From Cyanophora paradoxa CCMP329 (lineage: Eukaryota; Plantae; Glaucophyta): 64,000 nt of DNA. The stretch covers positions 62,001 through 126,000 of the forward strand of contig QPMI01000601.1 of NCBI GenBank assembly GCA_004431415.1, read 5' to 3'. The notes below the pieces were generated by a model. It did not search any database. It worked only from the letters and a program-made list of their open reading frames with translations, and was not told where the DNA came from. Shown in pieces: positions 1 through 11,277 of this stretch; the stretch's first letter is position 1, and every line of letters begins with the position of its first letter. The position numbers and the translations under genes were made by a program.

Positions 1-153
1 GCCCAATCTGGATATGTTGACCTTACGAACTCGTCTTCATCATTCCTCACTCTATATCTTCCTGCTGATCGCACAATTACTGTTAACGTTCGCGCTCTCA
101 TGCATTCGTTCATTATTGTCGATAAGGATGGAATTCGTCGTATAAATTTGTAG
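1..153 (+). CDS. Major capsid protein, C-terminal 50 aa (5' part outside window)
   Basis: Frame 1 reads AQSGYVDLTN...VNVRALMHSFIIVDKDGIRRINL*, which aligns with the C-terminus of the element B capsid (TGYIDAT...CIALAHNIMIIGADGIRRVSS). Same position upstream of the ATPase. Confidence 0.75.
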   Translation, partial: AQSGYVDLTNSSSSFLTLYLPADRTITVNVRALMHSFIIVDKDGIRRINL

Positions 154-226
154 TAACCTTACTGTTTATCGTAAGACATTTAAGGAAAAAATGATTAGTT
201 ATTTTTGGGGTTTCTTATAAAATAAA

Positions 227-958
227 ATGCCTGTCACGATTGAAGAGTTTGTAGCTCGTGCAAATGCCCAGCATAACGGTAAATTTGATTACTCAAAAGT
301 TCAATTTGAAAAATGCAAGGATAAGGTTCTAATCACTTGTTTGACCTGTAAGGTAACATTTGAACAACGTGTTGACCATCACCTTAGGGGATCAAGTTGT
401 AAAAAATGTAGCTTTCAGCGTTTAGGAAATGAACGGAGAAAAGAGATGGACACTTTCATAGAGCAAGCAAGAAAAACACACGGTAACAAATATTGCTATG
501 ATAAAGTGGAATATGTTAAAGCCCAAACACCGGTATGTATTAAATGTAACTCTTGTAACAAAGAGTTCATGCAACCCCCTATAATTCACATTCGGAATAC
601 CGGTTGCCCCTTTTGTAGAACTTCAAAAGGTGAAGACGAAGTCTGTAAAGTGTTAGATTCTATTGGATTGGACTACAAACAACAACATATATTCAAAGAT
701 TGCCGAAATAAGTTTCCATTGCGATTTGATTTCTTCATTGAATCTCTAAGGCTTGCAATCGAATATGATGGAATTCAACATTTTGAGCCAAGGAAGTTTT
801 GGGGCAATGAAGATGCCGAAGAGCGGTTTAAACAAGTTCAAATGTGTGATGGAATAAAGAACCGCTACTGTGAGGCAAACAATATTAAACTTCTAAGAAT
901 TCCATACACTGAAAAAGATATCAGTGGATGTGTTACACGGTTTCTGTCTTCACTTTAA
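227..958 (+). CDS. Zn-ribbon repeat + Vsr/DUF559-like PD-(D/E)xK endonuclease (homing-endonuclease-like)
   Basis: Two F-I/V..A...H.....Y.KV.....CxxC...F.Q....H.....CxxC repeats, followed by SKGE...FDFF...LAIEYDGIQHF...D..KN.YC....IKLLRIPY. Confidence 0.8.
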   Translation: MPVTIEEFVARANAQHNGKFDYSKVQFEKCKDKVLITCLTCKVTFEQRVDHHLRGSSCKKCSFQRLGNERRKEMDTFIEQARKTHGNKYCYDKVEYVKAQTPVCIKCNSCNKEFMQPPIIHIRNTGCPFCRTSKGEDEVCKVLDSIGLDYKQQHIFKDCRNKFPLRFDFFIESLRLAIEYDGIQHFEPRKFWGNEDAEERFKQVQMCDGIKNRYCEANNIKLLRIPYTEKDISGCVTRFLSSL

Positions 959-1019
959 ACCATTATCAGTAAGATTTCGTTATTTTTATCTATCTTTATT
1001 AAGAAGAATCTACTACGCC

Positions 1020-1802
1020 ATGTCTGACGTTCCCGAATTTAATGCTGGTGAGATGATTAAACCCCCTTTTCGCGTATTAGCAATCGGAAAAAGCGCAACG
1101 GGCAAGTCAGAAGCGGTGAAGTATTGGCTAAAACAACTTCACGATGCGAAAAAAATAGATGTGGTTCTCGTTGTAAGTGGGACGAGTTTCAATCATTTCT
1201 GGAATGATGTTGCTACATTACAGCTTGGTAAATGGGATGCGCCTTACATTTCTAAACTTCTCGATGAAAGACAAGAGAAAATAGAGAAAGGAGAACCTGT
1301 AAACCAACTATTAGTTTTGCTCGACGATTTAATAGATAATGAGTTAGTCGACCTCACCCGTGATAAAATCATTGGTTCTTTGTATTCCCGTGGTCGCCAC
1401 TCGAATATATCGATTGTCTGTATCACACAGAAACTGCGTAAGGTTTCTTCAACCATTCGCGTCAATTCAGATTATGCAATGTTCCTAAGTGCCGCCAATC
1501 GCAAAGAACTGGAAGCCATTGAAGAAGAATACAATATCATGCGGGATAAAGACGCTTTCTATAAGATGTTTGAGGAATACGTTCACTCCTATCAGTTTCT
1601 CATTTGGAGTTCTGCGAATTATTCGGTGGAATACTATGTTGATAAAGCGGAACTCGTTAAAGACTTTAAGTTTCCTCGGTTCCATCGCAAACCAAAAAAG
1701 AAAGAAGATGAATTAAAACCGCCTGAGAAGGAGGAAGCGCCGAAAGAGATTAAAAGCGCTGTTCACACGAATAAGTTGATGCGATATAAGAGGGGATTGT
1801 AA
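1020..1802 (+). CDS. A32-like (FtsK/HerA superfamily) genome packaging ATPase
   Basis: Walker A GKSATGKS, Walker B LLVLLDD, SRGRH motif, ITQ, IRVN. ATG at 1020 preferred over 924, which overlaps the upstream gene. Confidence 0.9.
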   Translation: MSDVPEFNAGEMIKPPFRVLAIGKSATGKSEAVKYWLKQLHDAKKIDVVLVVSGTSFNHFWNDVATLQLGKWDAPYISKLLDERQEKIEKGEPVNQLLVLLDDLIDNELVDLTRDKIIGSLYSRGRHSNISIVCITQKLRKVSSTIRVNSDYAMFLSAANRKELEAIEEEYNIMRDKDAFYKMFEEYVHSYQFLIWSSANYSVEYYVDKAELVKDFKFPRFHRKPKKKEDELKPPEKEEAPKEIKSAVHTNKLMRYKRGL

Positions 1803-1830
1803 AATTATCTCTGTATGTTATAAATATACA

Positions 1831-2562
1831 ATGCCGCCGAAACGTAGAGGTGTTCCCGCTGGTGCTATGTCATATTCCGGCGGTGAAAGTAATGGATCTC
1901 TCAACACTACACCGATGAAATTCAACGGAATGAGCGAAGTGAAACCATCGCAACAGGAAGAAGACCCCTTAAATGCGGCGTATGAAGAAGCGCCCGGTGA
2001 TAAAGCGCCGCAGACCTCCCAAAGTGAGCAATTGAACATTTCGCCGGAAGTCTCGAAGATGAAGGCGGTCGGTGAAGGTGCGCGTCGGATTATCGGTGCT
2101 GCCGATGATCGCGGACTGGGTCTGCAAGATCTTTCACTCGCTCGCAAGGGTGAAGGTGTTTCCAAAGAATCCGACAAAGTAATTCAATCGATGGCTGGTG
2201 AAGTTACTTACAAGGTTGCGCCAACTCAAAACATCCACCGAATCCCGAAAGCGCAATGGGATGAGATGACCGCTAAATTAAAGGATCTGGAAGCGAAATC
2301 AAGCGCTCTGGAACAGTATGTAACTGAGAAGAAAGAACGCGCTAAAATCAAGGAAATGCTGCGCAAAGAAGTATTCCGAATGGGAATTACTGGTGTTCCC
2401 GATAAACAATTCATTGGTAAGAAGGAGACTCAAATTGACGAACAAGCGGTTGATGAGTTGAAGACAAAGACCCAAAAAGGAACTGTTGAACCTGGTGCTA
2501 CGAAAGCGGAAGTTGAGAAAGGTGTAGCTCCCACAGCATACAAGCGAAGAGTTTGGCTTTAA
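1831..2562 (+). CDS. Hypothetical charged/coiled-coil protein, positional homolog of 27550..28233
   Basis: 243-aa ORF. LKDLEAK...EQY..EKKERAKIKEMLRKEV.RMG resembles VRDLEMK...EKW..DYNERKKLKGLVKKEI.KLG in element B. Confidence 0.7.
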   Translation: MPPKRRGVPAGAMSYSGGESNGSLNTTPMKFNGMSEVKPSQQEEDPLNAAYEEAPGDKAPQTSQSEQLNISPEVSKMKAVGEGARRIIGAADDRGLGLQDLSLARKGEGVSKESDKVIQSMAGEVTYKVAPTQNIHRIPKAQWDEMTAKLKDLEAKSSALEQYVTEKKERAKIKEMLRKEVFRMGITGVPDKQFIGKKETQIDEQAVDELKTKTQKGTVEPGATKAEVEKGVAPTAYKRRVWL

Positions 2563-2588
2563 TTATATATTGTTTAAAGAGGGAATCA

Positions 2589-2807
2589 ATGGAGTTTCTG
2601 AAAAAGATCATTGAGATGTTTGAGATGCATTGCGTAACCGATTGTCACAATGACTGCTGCGATACGAAATTCGAAATGGATTTCTCAGATGGTGGAAGCG
2701 ATGGAGGGCGAAGGCAATCGCAAGATTCGATAACAACTGAGACAGTCACCGTTACGGAAACTGAGACTGTCCGTCGCCGATCGTTTTCGCATAACGATCA
2801 TAAATAA
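2589..2807 (+). CDS. Small Cys/His protein, homolog of 26932..27345
   Basis: MEFLKKIIEMFEMHCVTDCHNDCCDTKFEMDFSD vs MNFITQCIEMFHLHFTSTCHNSCCDTTVEVDISD; both followed by GGRR.S. Confidence 0.75.
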   Translation: MEFLKKIIEMFEMHCVTDCHNDCCDTKFEMDFSDGGSDGGRRQSQDSITTETVTVTETETVRRRSFSHNDHK

Positions 2808-3015
2808 TATCTTTGGTTATGGTATCAAATGTCACTCGAAGAGATCTACGACATCATACTATCGAAACGAAGGATTTACGCCGTTAAATCTGCAATTGAG
2901 GAACGTAGACACCAACTGGCTTTGGTCATCAAAAAATGACACCATAAAATACTTAAAGACATCAGGCATAATACAGAGTGGTAAAAGATTTTCTCAACTA
3001 TATATAAAAGGGAAC

Positions 3016-3252
3016 ATGGCGACTGTAATTCATGTAACCGAAGACATGATTAGCGTTGTCGAATTCGGCGAAGAAGAAGATGAGACCCGCGCCAATTACA
3101 AGATGAGAGATGCTCTCAGGAAGCGAACGCTCTACAACGAAGACCCGGTTTATCGGGAGTATAAGAAGGCGCAATCGCTCGCTTCATATTATCGTCGTAA
3201 GGAGCGGGAGGGAATCGAAAACAAGTCGCGGGGACGTCCACGAAAGTATTAA
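3016..3252 (+). CDS. Small basic AT-hook-type DNA-binding protein
   Basis: Ends RGRPRKY. Y.ED..YRE..K.....Y.RRK segment is shared with 26394..26807. Confidence 0.65.
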   Translation: MATVIHVTEDMISVVEFGEEEDETRANYKMRDALRKRTLYNEDPVYREYKKAQSLASYYRRKEREGIENKSRGRPRKY

Positions 3253-3457
3253 GGGAAACACCCATTTGACCGCTGAACCCAATTACTCATTTTTCGAGCG
3301 GTCTATCGATATGCTTCGATAGATCCATTACCATCTCCCGATTGCCGTTTTTGGTAATTGAAGAGATATCAACCACTTAAAGGTTAGCCGCCAAAAAATG
3401 ACAGGAAACCGGAGAAACTCTTTTCTCCATCATAGATAAGACACCCCGATTATCGAG

Positions 3458-5805
3458 ATGAACGCTGCCGCCAAGAAATCCCTGAAACGCCTTGTTGATT
3501 GGCTTCGTGAAGACGATGTCCGGTCTGAGAATATCGTAATCCCCGTCGATCCCGATACCAAAAAACCCTCTTCGCCCATAAAGACGGATCGTGGACTTGG
3601 GATAAATTCGATGAAGCCCTGAAATCCGGTAAGTATACTGCTTGGGGCATTCTCGCTCGCAACATCGTGGTTATCGACTTCGACCAAGAGGAGGATTTCG
3701 CCAAATTCGAGGAGGAATATCCCGATGATTTCGGTGGTGTCAATCCTCTTGCTAAAACCAAAAAAGGATATCATGTTTACTTCTCTCGTCCTACTGACTT
3801 CGATGCTGTTAAGCTCTGGATAAAGCGGGTGCTTTCAAAGGTTATCCAAGATTGACTGCAAAACAATTGCATCCACTGGAACGGCTGGGTTGATCAACGT
3901 TTCCCCAAGCCCTGGTAAAACTTGGATCAGAGAACCATGGGCGGAAGGCTGTGAGTTGATCGAACCGAGTGCTGAACTCCAAAAGTGGATGATTGAAAAC
4001 TACCTTTTTCCGAGAGGATCTTTCAGTTTCGTTGAAAAGGGTATTGAGGAGAACTTACAGAAAGCTATCTTTGAGAAACTGGAAGAATTTGGATTCATCA
4101 CACCCACGATCATCAATGAGACGGAGCATGGCTACAATTTCACTGCTGAAAACAAAGGGAATGATTGTCCTTGTTGCAATCGAGTTCACGATTCCAACAA
4201 TTGGTATGTGATTCGAGGAAAAGAGAAGGGCATATATATCGTTTCGAGTTACAGTGCGAATTGCAAGAAGCGTTCTATCATCGTGCGAGTCAAAGAGGAG
4301 ACTTTGGCTAATATCGATCACCTAATTGATAAGTCTACGGGTTCAGATGGCGGGCATTATGATGTTGCGGATGTTGCTTACCTCATTCTGCGGGAAAGCT
4401 ACAAGTTTTCGAACAAGACTTGGTTCAAGTTCAATGAGAAAAGTGGTATTTGGGAGATGGATGATACTGGAAAGCGAATCTATCTTTGTCTGAGTGCGAA
4501 AGTTTGTCCTGCTTATCTGAAACGTGCTATTGAATACTCAACAAAAGCGCTTCGTGATGAAGAGAACCGTAATATGTTCGAAGAGAAGGCAAAGACGTTG
4601 CTTGGAATTGCAAAGATGCTGAAACAAACTTCATATCGGAGGTCGGTTATCAATGATCTCGAAGTTTACCTGAGTGATAGATTGTTCTTTGGGAAACTTG
4701 ATACTGTTCCAACGTGATCGGGTTCACAAATGGAGTATTCGACTTGAAGACTATGTCTTTTCGCAAAGGAGTTCCGGATGATATGATCAGTAAGACTGTT
4801 GGCTATGATTACACCACAGAAATCGATCAAGAGAAAGTTGAGAAACTCAAATCGATTTACGCTGATATTATCGAATGCCCAATTGATCGTAACTACGTTC
4901 TCGGTTCCATTGCTTTCTCATTGTCTGGTAAGATCGAAAACCAAAAATATCATTTCTGGACTGGAATTGGAGCAAATGGTAAATCACTCCTTCAAGAGTT
5001 GGTGAAAGATACCTATGGTGAATACTATGGATCTCTTGATATGTCGTATTGGACGAAACCAAAGAAAAGTTCATCGGAGGCGTCACCCGAACTTGCCGAT
5101 ATTCTTGGAAAAAGGATTGTTTTCAGTAATGAAGCGGAAGATGGCGATAAACTTCAACTCAACAAGATTAAACAGATCAGTGGAGGCAATGAGTTGAAGG
5201 TTCGCGCTCTTTTCAAGGATCCCGTAGTCTTTGTTCCAATGTTTCAGCTGTTCTTGTCAACAAATGACAACCTTGGATTGAGCAAACCCGATAACGCAAT
5301 TGAGAGGCGGACATCTTACTACCGGTTCAAGTGTGTATTCAAACCAAACCCTGGTGAAGGCGAGAAGTTAGCCGATACATCACTTATGTATCTTCTGCGT
5401 GACGATGATGATTACAAGATGGCTAACATGTCAATCTTCTTGGAGATGTGGAAATCCCAAGATCTTCTGAAATTGATGAAGAACCCGCCACAGACCATCA
5501 TTGATGAAGGAGCGAGTTACTTTGCTGAAAATGATAAGATCGGCGAGTGGCTGCGCAACAACTACGAGAAAACAGGAAGCCGGACTGATTTCGTCCCAAG
5601 TGACACGATCATCAAGGGGTTCCGTTCTGTTGATGAGAAAGCGGATCCCATCAGCATTGGTAAGCGAGTTCGGGAGATCTACAATATCAAATCTGAGACC
5701 AAGAAAGAAAGAGGTCAGGTATCCCGTGGATATTTCGGATTGAAGAAGAAACAGATCGGAGAATTCGTTGATGATGATGGAATCGACAGCGATATCGAGG
5801 CTTGA
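3458..5805 (+). CDS. Primase-polymerase (primpol) fused to D5-like SF3 helicase; split by frameshifts near 3570, 3820 and 4710
   Basis: Joined frames give IPV..DTKKP...W...WGI...IVVIDFD...KTKKGYHVYF (primpol), a CPCC..H Zn motif, D5_N IGFTNGVFDL, Walker A GIGANGKS, Walker B RIVFSNE, IKQISGGNELKVRALF and motif C LSTN. Confidence 0.88.
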
Positions 5806-5855
5806 AGAAGAAAATCAAAATAATATATTTAACTGATAATTCATTTTTTATAACT

Positions 5856-6013
5856 TTACTGAATATGGTAAGGGTAACAGAGGTAACGGATTTAATCGAG
5901 GGTAACGGATTTAATCGAGGGTAACAGAGGTAACGGATTTTGCGCAACTTTTTGAAAATCTCGATCTTAGGGGAGAGGTTGGGAAAAATCCGTTACCTCT
6001 GTTACCCTCGATT
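5856..6013. repeat. GGTAAC iterons and 29-bp perfect inverted repeat (5913..5941 / 5985..6013); candidate replication origin
   Basis: AATCGAGGGTAACAGAGGTAACGGATTTT and its exact reverse complement, immediately downstream of the helicase gene. Confidence 0.8.
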
Positions 6014-6073
6014 GATCGATGAAAAAAATGACAGATTATTTAAAAAATCATTGTGTGTATCTCTTGACAGAAA

Positions 6074-6256
6074 ATGGATTACTTTGGTGACATTCGGAAG
6101 CAGATTGTTGAGAACAATGATATTGCAGAGGTGGCGGATTACATCGCAAAGATAAGAGCAATCAATGGTCGACCCTATCAAAAGAAGCAAGTATATTCAA
6201 ACAGTGTGACTGTGTATATCCCGAAAAACGCGAATGTGAGAATCATTAGAACTTAA
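6074..6256 (+). CDS. Hypothetical 60-aa protein
   Basis: ATG-initiated ORF filling the gap between the hairpin and polB; no motif recognised. Confidence 0.4.
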   Translation: MDYFGDIRKQIVENNDIAEVADYIAKIRAINGRPYQKKQVYSNSVTVYIPKNANVRIIRT

Positions 6257-6298
6257 TGCGTTCAAACTCCAAAATAAAAATGTTCCTTTATAGCAAAG

Positions 6299-9200
6299 AT
6301 GCCCCGCCAAACGAACAGACTGATCAAAGAAAAGAAAAATGAAATACTTGGATTGTTAGGAACTCTCTTAGTTACCGGTGAGATAACCGAAGCGGAATAC
6401 GATAGAGAAGCCGCCATCTTAGATAGACGACCGCGATTAGGACAACTCACTGAGATTGCAAATGACCTCTACAATCGCATGCAGAGAATGGAGGAGTTTA
6501 TGGATGAAGGACAGAGATTAGGAGCAATTGAACCGGATATTGAAGATGGTCAAGCAATGAATCAAGCGTATTCGTGGTTAACCTATCGCGCCCGAAACGA
6601 AGTTGTCGTGGATGCTATCGAATTTCTCGAAAGAATCGCACCAAGTCTACCGCAACGCATTAGAACCCGCTTAGATCAACTGAGAGCCGTTAAAGTCCGT
6701 CTGACTTTCGTTTGCAAGTTCACCAAAGTAGGTAATCCGCGCATCTATATCACCAAATTCATTTACAGCGATTATTTCGTAATTACCCGATCCCGCAACA
6801 TAGACACAGAAGTTCGCAAAGCGTTACAGAAAATGCAAGAGGAGATGACGCAAGTGGATAGTTACCGTTTAGAGAAGATCGAAATTTTAAGAGGTGTAAT
6901 CATGTCATACGCACCTGTGGGTGGTTGTTTTTTCGCAACTCCCGAATGGATCGCATCCAAGAAGGCAACGGTGAACGTTAAGAATATCGACGGTCAAGAT
7001 TGCTTCAAGTATGCGATTTTGGCTTACCTACATCGAAAGGACATTAACAAACACAAGAGCAACGAACCAAGCCAATACCGCAGATGGTTAATGAACTCAA
7101 TTTCGAAGGTATTCAGTTTCCCGTTGCCTGTGATGCTGAGGTAATCGATCGATTCGAAGAACTGAACCCCGAACTTTCTATTAACATTTACGGAGCCGAT
7201 AACGCCAAAGAGTGTTTCTATCCTCTCCATCAATCAAGTAACCCAAGGAGAAAGACCAAGATTAATCTTTTACTTATCGAAAACACCGAAGATGATCGGG
7301 GACACTACATTACTATCATGTCTTTTAGTCGTCTTCTGAAAACTACATTTGATAAAGCATGTGATGGTCGCATTTACTACTGTGAAACCTGCTTGTCTCG
7401 TTTCAGAACTCAGGAGAAATTAGACCTGCATGTTGAATCAAATCGCTGCATTGATTGGAGGGAGAGCAAAGGCAAATGCCCGAAAGCGGGAAGCGTAATC
7501 GAATTCGGTTTGCAACATCTACGTAAAACCGTGTGGCTTCCTGTGATCTGTTACGTTAAAGTTGAAGATCATTCAGTTGCAATCGATGCTCAGAGGAGTA
7601 AACGTGAGATCAAAGCGGTTTCATTGAGAGTGGTAATGGGAGATGAAGTGAGAGCATACCATTTCGAGGGAGCCGATCCGCTTGGTTCTCTCTTTGCTAC
7701 TCTACAAGATATTAGACCCGAAATCGTTGAGACGCTGTTTAGAAACATTCCGATGCATCCACTCACAGACGATCAGAAGGCGGAATACAAGGTAACAAAA
7801 CACTGTTACATTTGCTCTCAGAGATTCACCCACGAAAACTTCCCGGTTCGCGATCATTGCCACCAATCCGGCGATTTCATCGGAAAGGCATGCCGAAACT
7901 GTAACCTCCACCGGCGAATCTCAAAGCAAACCAAAGTAGCTATCGTGGTCGATCACATGGATGAATGCGGACACGGAATATTCCGCAAAATTGCCCAACA
8001 AGATGATAAACTACGTGTTGAGATTCTGAGCAAGAATTTCGATCAATACCTATCGCTTCAATGGGGCATGTGGAAGTTCATAGATGCTTCCCATTTTATG
8101 GATTTCCAATCTGTGGATGTAGGCGATTTAATGAGAAAGTTTGAAGCATTTCGCAAATTGGCGTTTTCTCAATACGGATTGGATCCCGCACATTATGTTA
8201 GCGCACCGGGTCTCTCTTGGGATGCTATGCTAAAACATACGAAAGTTAAGATTGAACTAATCGATGATGTAGAGAAATACGAATTTGTTGAGAGAGCCAT
8301 TCGCGGTGGATTTGCTACCATGCCCACACGATACGCAAAGGTAGAGAACCCCAACGATCATATAGTTCTGTTGGATGCAAATAATCTTTATGGTTATGCT
8401 CTCAGTCAACCACTACCAATCGGAGATTATCGATGGGAAGACATCACAGAGGCACTTAAAGAGGTAGAGGGACGAAGCGCATTTATTGAAGTAGATCTTG
8501 AATACCCCACAACTTTTGAAGATCATTACGATTTCCCACTGATTGTGAATAAAGAAGTGATTACCGCTGAAATGCTTGGTGATTATCAACGTAAACTATT
8601 AGATCTGACGGGCGAAAAGATCAGCAAAGACCCCAAACTTACAGCGACATTTACGCCCAAGAATAAATACGTGATTGCTCGACCTCTTCTTAATTACATC
8701 ATTGAAAAGGGTGTCGTTCTAAAAAAGATACATAAAGTTCTCTCATTCGCTACTTCCCCATTCATGAAGTCTTACATTGGTCTGAATACTCTTCTCAGGC
8801 ATGAATCTACTAACCATTTCGAAAGCGACTTCTTTAAACTCATGAACAATGCAATTTACGGTAAATGTTTGGAATCTTGCAGGGGTCGCTCAACTGTCAA
8901 GATCGCTAACAGTGAGAAACTCTGTAAGAAATACGCAGCAAGTCCGCTTATCAAGGCGACCAATGTATTAAACGAAAACGCAGTTGCCTTTGAGATGTAT
9001 TCGAAGCATGTTAACTTAGATAAACCCGTAGCAATTGGCGCTTTCGTTTTGGATTTCGCGAAGCTGCATAATTATCGTTCTTCTACGATGTGGTAAGGAG
9101 GAAGTGGGAAACAGCTAAACTACTGTTCCACGATACCGATTCGTTCTGTCTTTTCCTGAAAACCAATAATCTGAACGAAGATATGAAAGAGATAGGTGAG

Positions 9201-9578
9201 TATCTCGATAGGAGCAATTACGATAAATCCCATCCTCTCGTGAGTATCAAAAACCGCATGGTTCCAGGTAAATATAAAAATGAGTTCCCAAATGCAAAGA
9301 TCATGGAGTATGTGGGTCTGAGATCGAAACTCTATGCTTTCAGAACTGAGACCAACGAAAGAGTAAAGATGTCGGGGACTTCCTCGAAAGAGGTTCATTT
9401 TGATGATTTTAAGAGATGTCTGTTCGAAGGCATCATAAAAACAGTATCAGTAACAAACAAGCGAAGGCAAGACCACAACTTATATGACTTGGAGAGCAGA
9501 AGGGTCGCTCTAAACCAACTCGATAGCAAACGGAAGATATCAGCCGACGGCATTCACAGCATTCCATTTGGTCTTTAA
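6299..9578 (+). CDS. polB: Protein-primed family B DNA polymerase (Maverick/Polinton type, with EndoVII-like insert); frameshifts near 7090 and 9080
   Basis: TPEWIASKKATVNVKN..DCFKYAIL, VRDHCH..G...G.AC..CN, YGLDPAHYVSAPGLSWDAML, AIRGG, LDANNLYG, KLMNNAIYGK, DTDS, GLRSKLY. Confidence 0.92.
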
Positions 9579-9763
9579 TATACTTGCTCAATACTTCTCT
9601 TTTTATTTTTTCGATCTCCAAGTAGCAGCAAACCACGGATCAGATGCAGCAACCATATGCACCTTAAACCGGGGTCATTTGGATCGATCGCAAAGTAGTT
9701 TGGTTTCGGGTGTTCTGTCCAAACCGGCTCGTCCATTATTAATATATTGAAAATAAAGTAAAG

Positions 9764-11164
9764 ATGCCCTCAGCACAGATAGGATTGCGACCCATTCCTA
9801 AAATCGTAAAGAAGAGCATGAAAGAAGACCAAGGGAACATGCTACCGATAACCATTCCGGTCGAAGAGAAGAACACACGAATCTTAAAGAAGTCGGAGAT
9901 GGTTAAACAACTGATCCCGGAGGCATTGCCTACTGAGACTGTAACGAAAGAATCGAAGATCGCGAAGAAGTTTTACGATCCGCGCACAGGTTACAAAGGT
10001 TTCGGGGCAATGAGAAAGGAACTACCAGAGGAAGACTACAAGAAGATGAGAGAATGGTATGATAAACAGGAAGTCGTTCAGATAAACGCACCGACCCTTT
10101 CAAGAAAGAGAGATCCGATGATTCCGATTCGGCAACCTCTCGATACCTACGTAATCGATCTGCTCTTCTTCCCAGCATACAAGAACCAAAACGACGGATA
10201 CGATACGTTCATGTCCGCGATGGAATCTACCTTACGCACGGGTTACATCATTCCGATGAGAGATAAGAGCGCTCTTACGGCGCTTGCGGCGTTTGAACAG
10301 CTACAACGAAGAGTTCCTCGACCTATCGCACGCGTTCAGAGTGACAGCGGAAGCGAGTTCACAAATAACATGTTCACGAATTACCTTGCTAAGAAGTTCA
10401 TAGACCATCAGATAAGCGATGTCGCAGATCATCGAAGCCAAGGTAGAATCGAAGCGTTTAACAAGCAGATCAAACGATTGATCACGAACTATTGCATAGC
10501 AAACAACACAGCGCGATTCTTCGATGTATTGGGAGACATTGAGTATAACTATAATAATACCATCCACTCAGCAACCAAGAGAAAACCAGCAGAAACGACG
10601 GAAGATCATTACCGTGAGATTATCGGATTAGAAGATGAGAGGTTCAAGAAGTCGATTGCTTACTTGGATGGTATCAAACAGGGTATGTTTGTGAGAGTGA
10701 GAATAGAAAAGAACCCATTCGCTAAACAAGGTGTCAATTGGTCGCGAATCGTCTATACTGTCGAAGGGAGAGAGGGTTTCAAGTTCAGGTTGCGAAATCC
10801 GAACGGCGAAATGGTCGAAGGGAGATTCGCTTTCCACGAACTGTTACCTATCAAAGGTGTTGAGTATCACGAAGCGCCCACAGTGGATGCACTTGAACAA
10901 GCGAAAGAAGAAGCCCGGGTCGATTCGGCAATTCGCAAGGAAGGCATCGAAAAAGCGGATGACGTCCCAGAAGAACCGTTAACACAAGCCAGAACCAAGA
11001 AGAAAGGTAAGGCGGAACGTGAATTAAAGAAGTTAACCATAGCAGGAACCCAGAAACTATCAGAAGTCAACAGTCAGAGATGGTATACAGACTTTCAGAC
11101 CTCAAAAGAGACATATTCAGCCCCACAAACCCGGGTAAATCTAAGATCCAGTTCGCGAAAGTAG
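9764..11164 (+). CDS. Retroviral-type (rve, DDE) integrase of Polinton type
   Basis: YVIDLLF (D), VQSDSGSEF (D), GRIEAFNKQIK (E), YNNTIHSAT..KP, followed by F.K...NWS...YTV. Confidence 0.92.
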   Translation: MPSAQIGLRPIPKIVKKSMKEDQGNMLPITIPVEEKNTRILKKSEMVKQLIPEALPTETVTKESKIAKKFYDPRTGYKGFGAMRKELPEEDYKKMREWYDKQEVVQINAPTLSRKRDPMIPIRQPLDTYVIDLLFFPAYKNQNDGYDTFMSAMESTLRTGYIIPMRDKSALTALAAFEQLQRRVPRPIARVQSDSGSEFTNNMFTNYLAKKFIDHQISDVADHRSQGRIEAFNKQIKRLITNYCIANNTARFFDVLGDIEYNYNNTIHSATKRKPAETTEDHYREIIGLEDERFKKSIAYLDGIKQGMFVRVRIEKNPFAKQGVNWSRIVYTVEGREGFKFRLRNPNGEMVEGRFAFHELLPIKGVEYHEAPTVDALEQAKEEARVDSAIRKEGIEKADDVPEEPLTQARTKKKGKAERELKKLTIAGTQKLSEVNSQRWYTDFQTSKETYSAPQTRVNLRSSSRK

Positions 11165-11277
11165 CATAGATGTGTAGAGGATGCAAAGAGGATTCCGGCG
11201 ATGGTCGCGGTTTCGAAAATGGATGAGTTGGTGAAGAGTTACAGCAGTGTGTATGAATTTCTTGGAATTTTGGGTTC

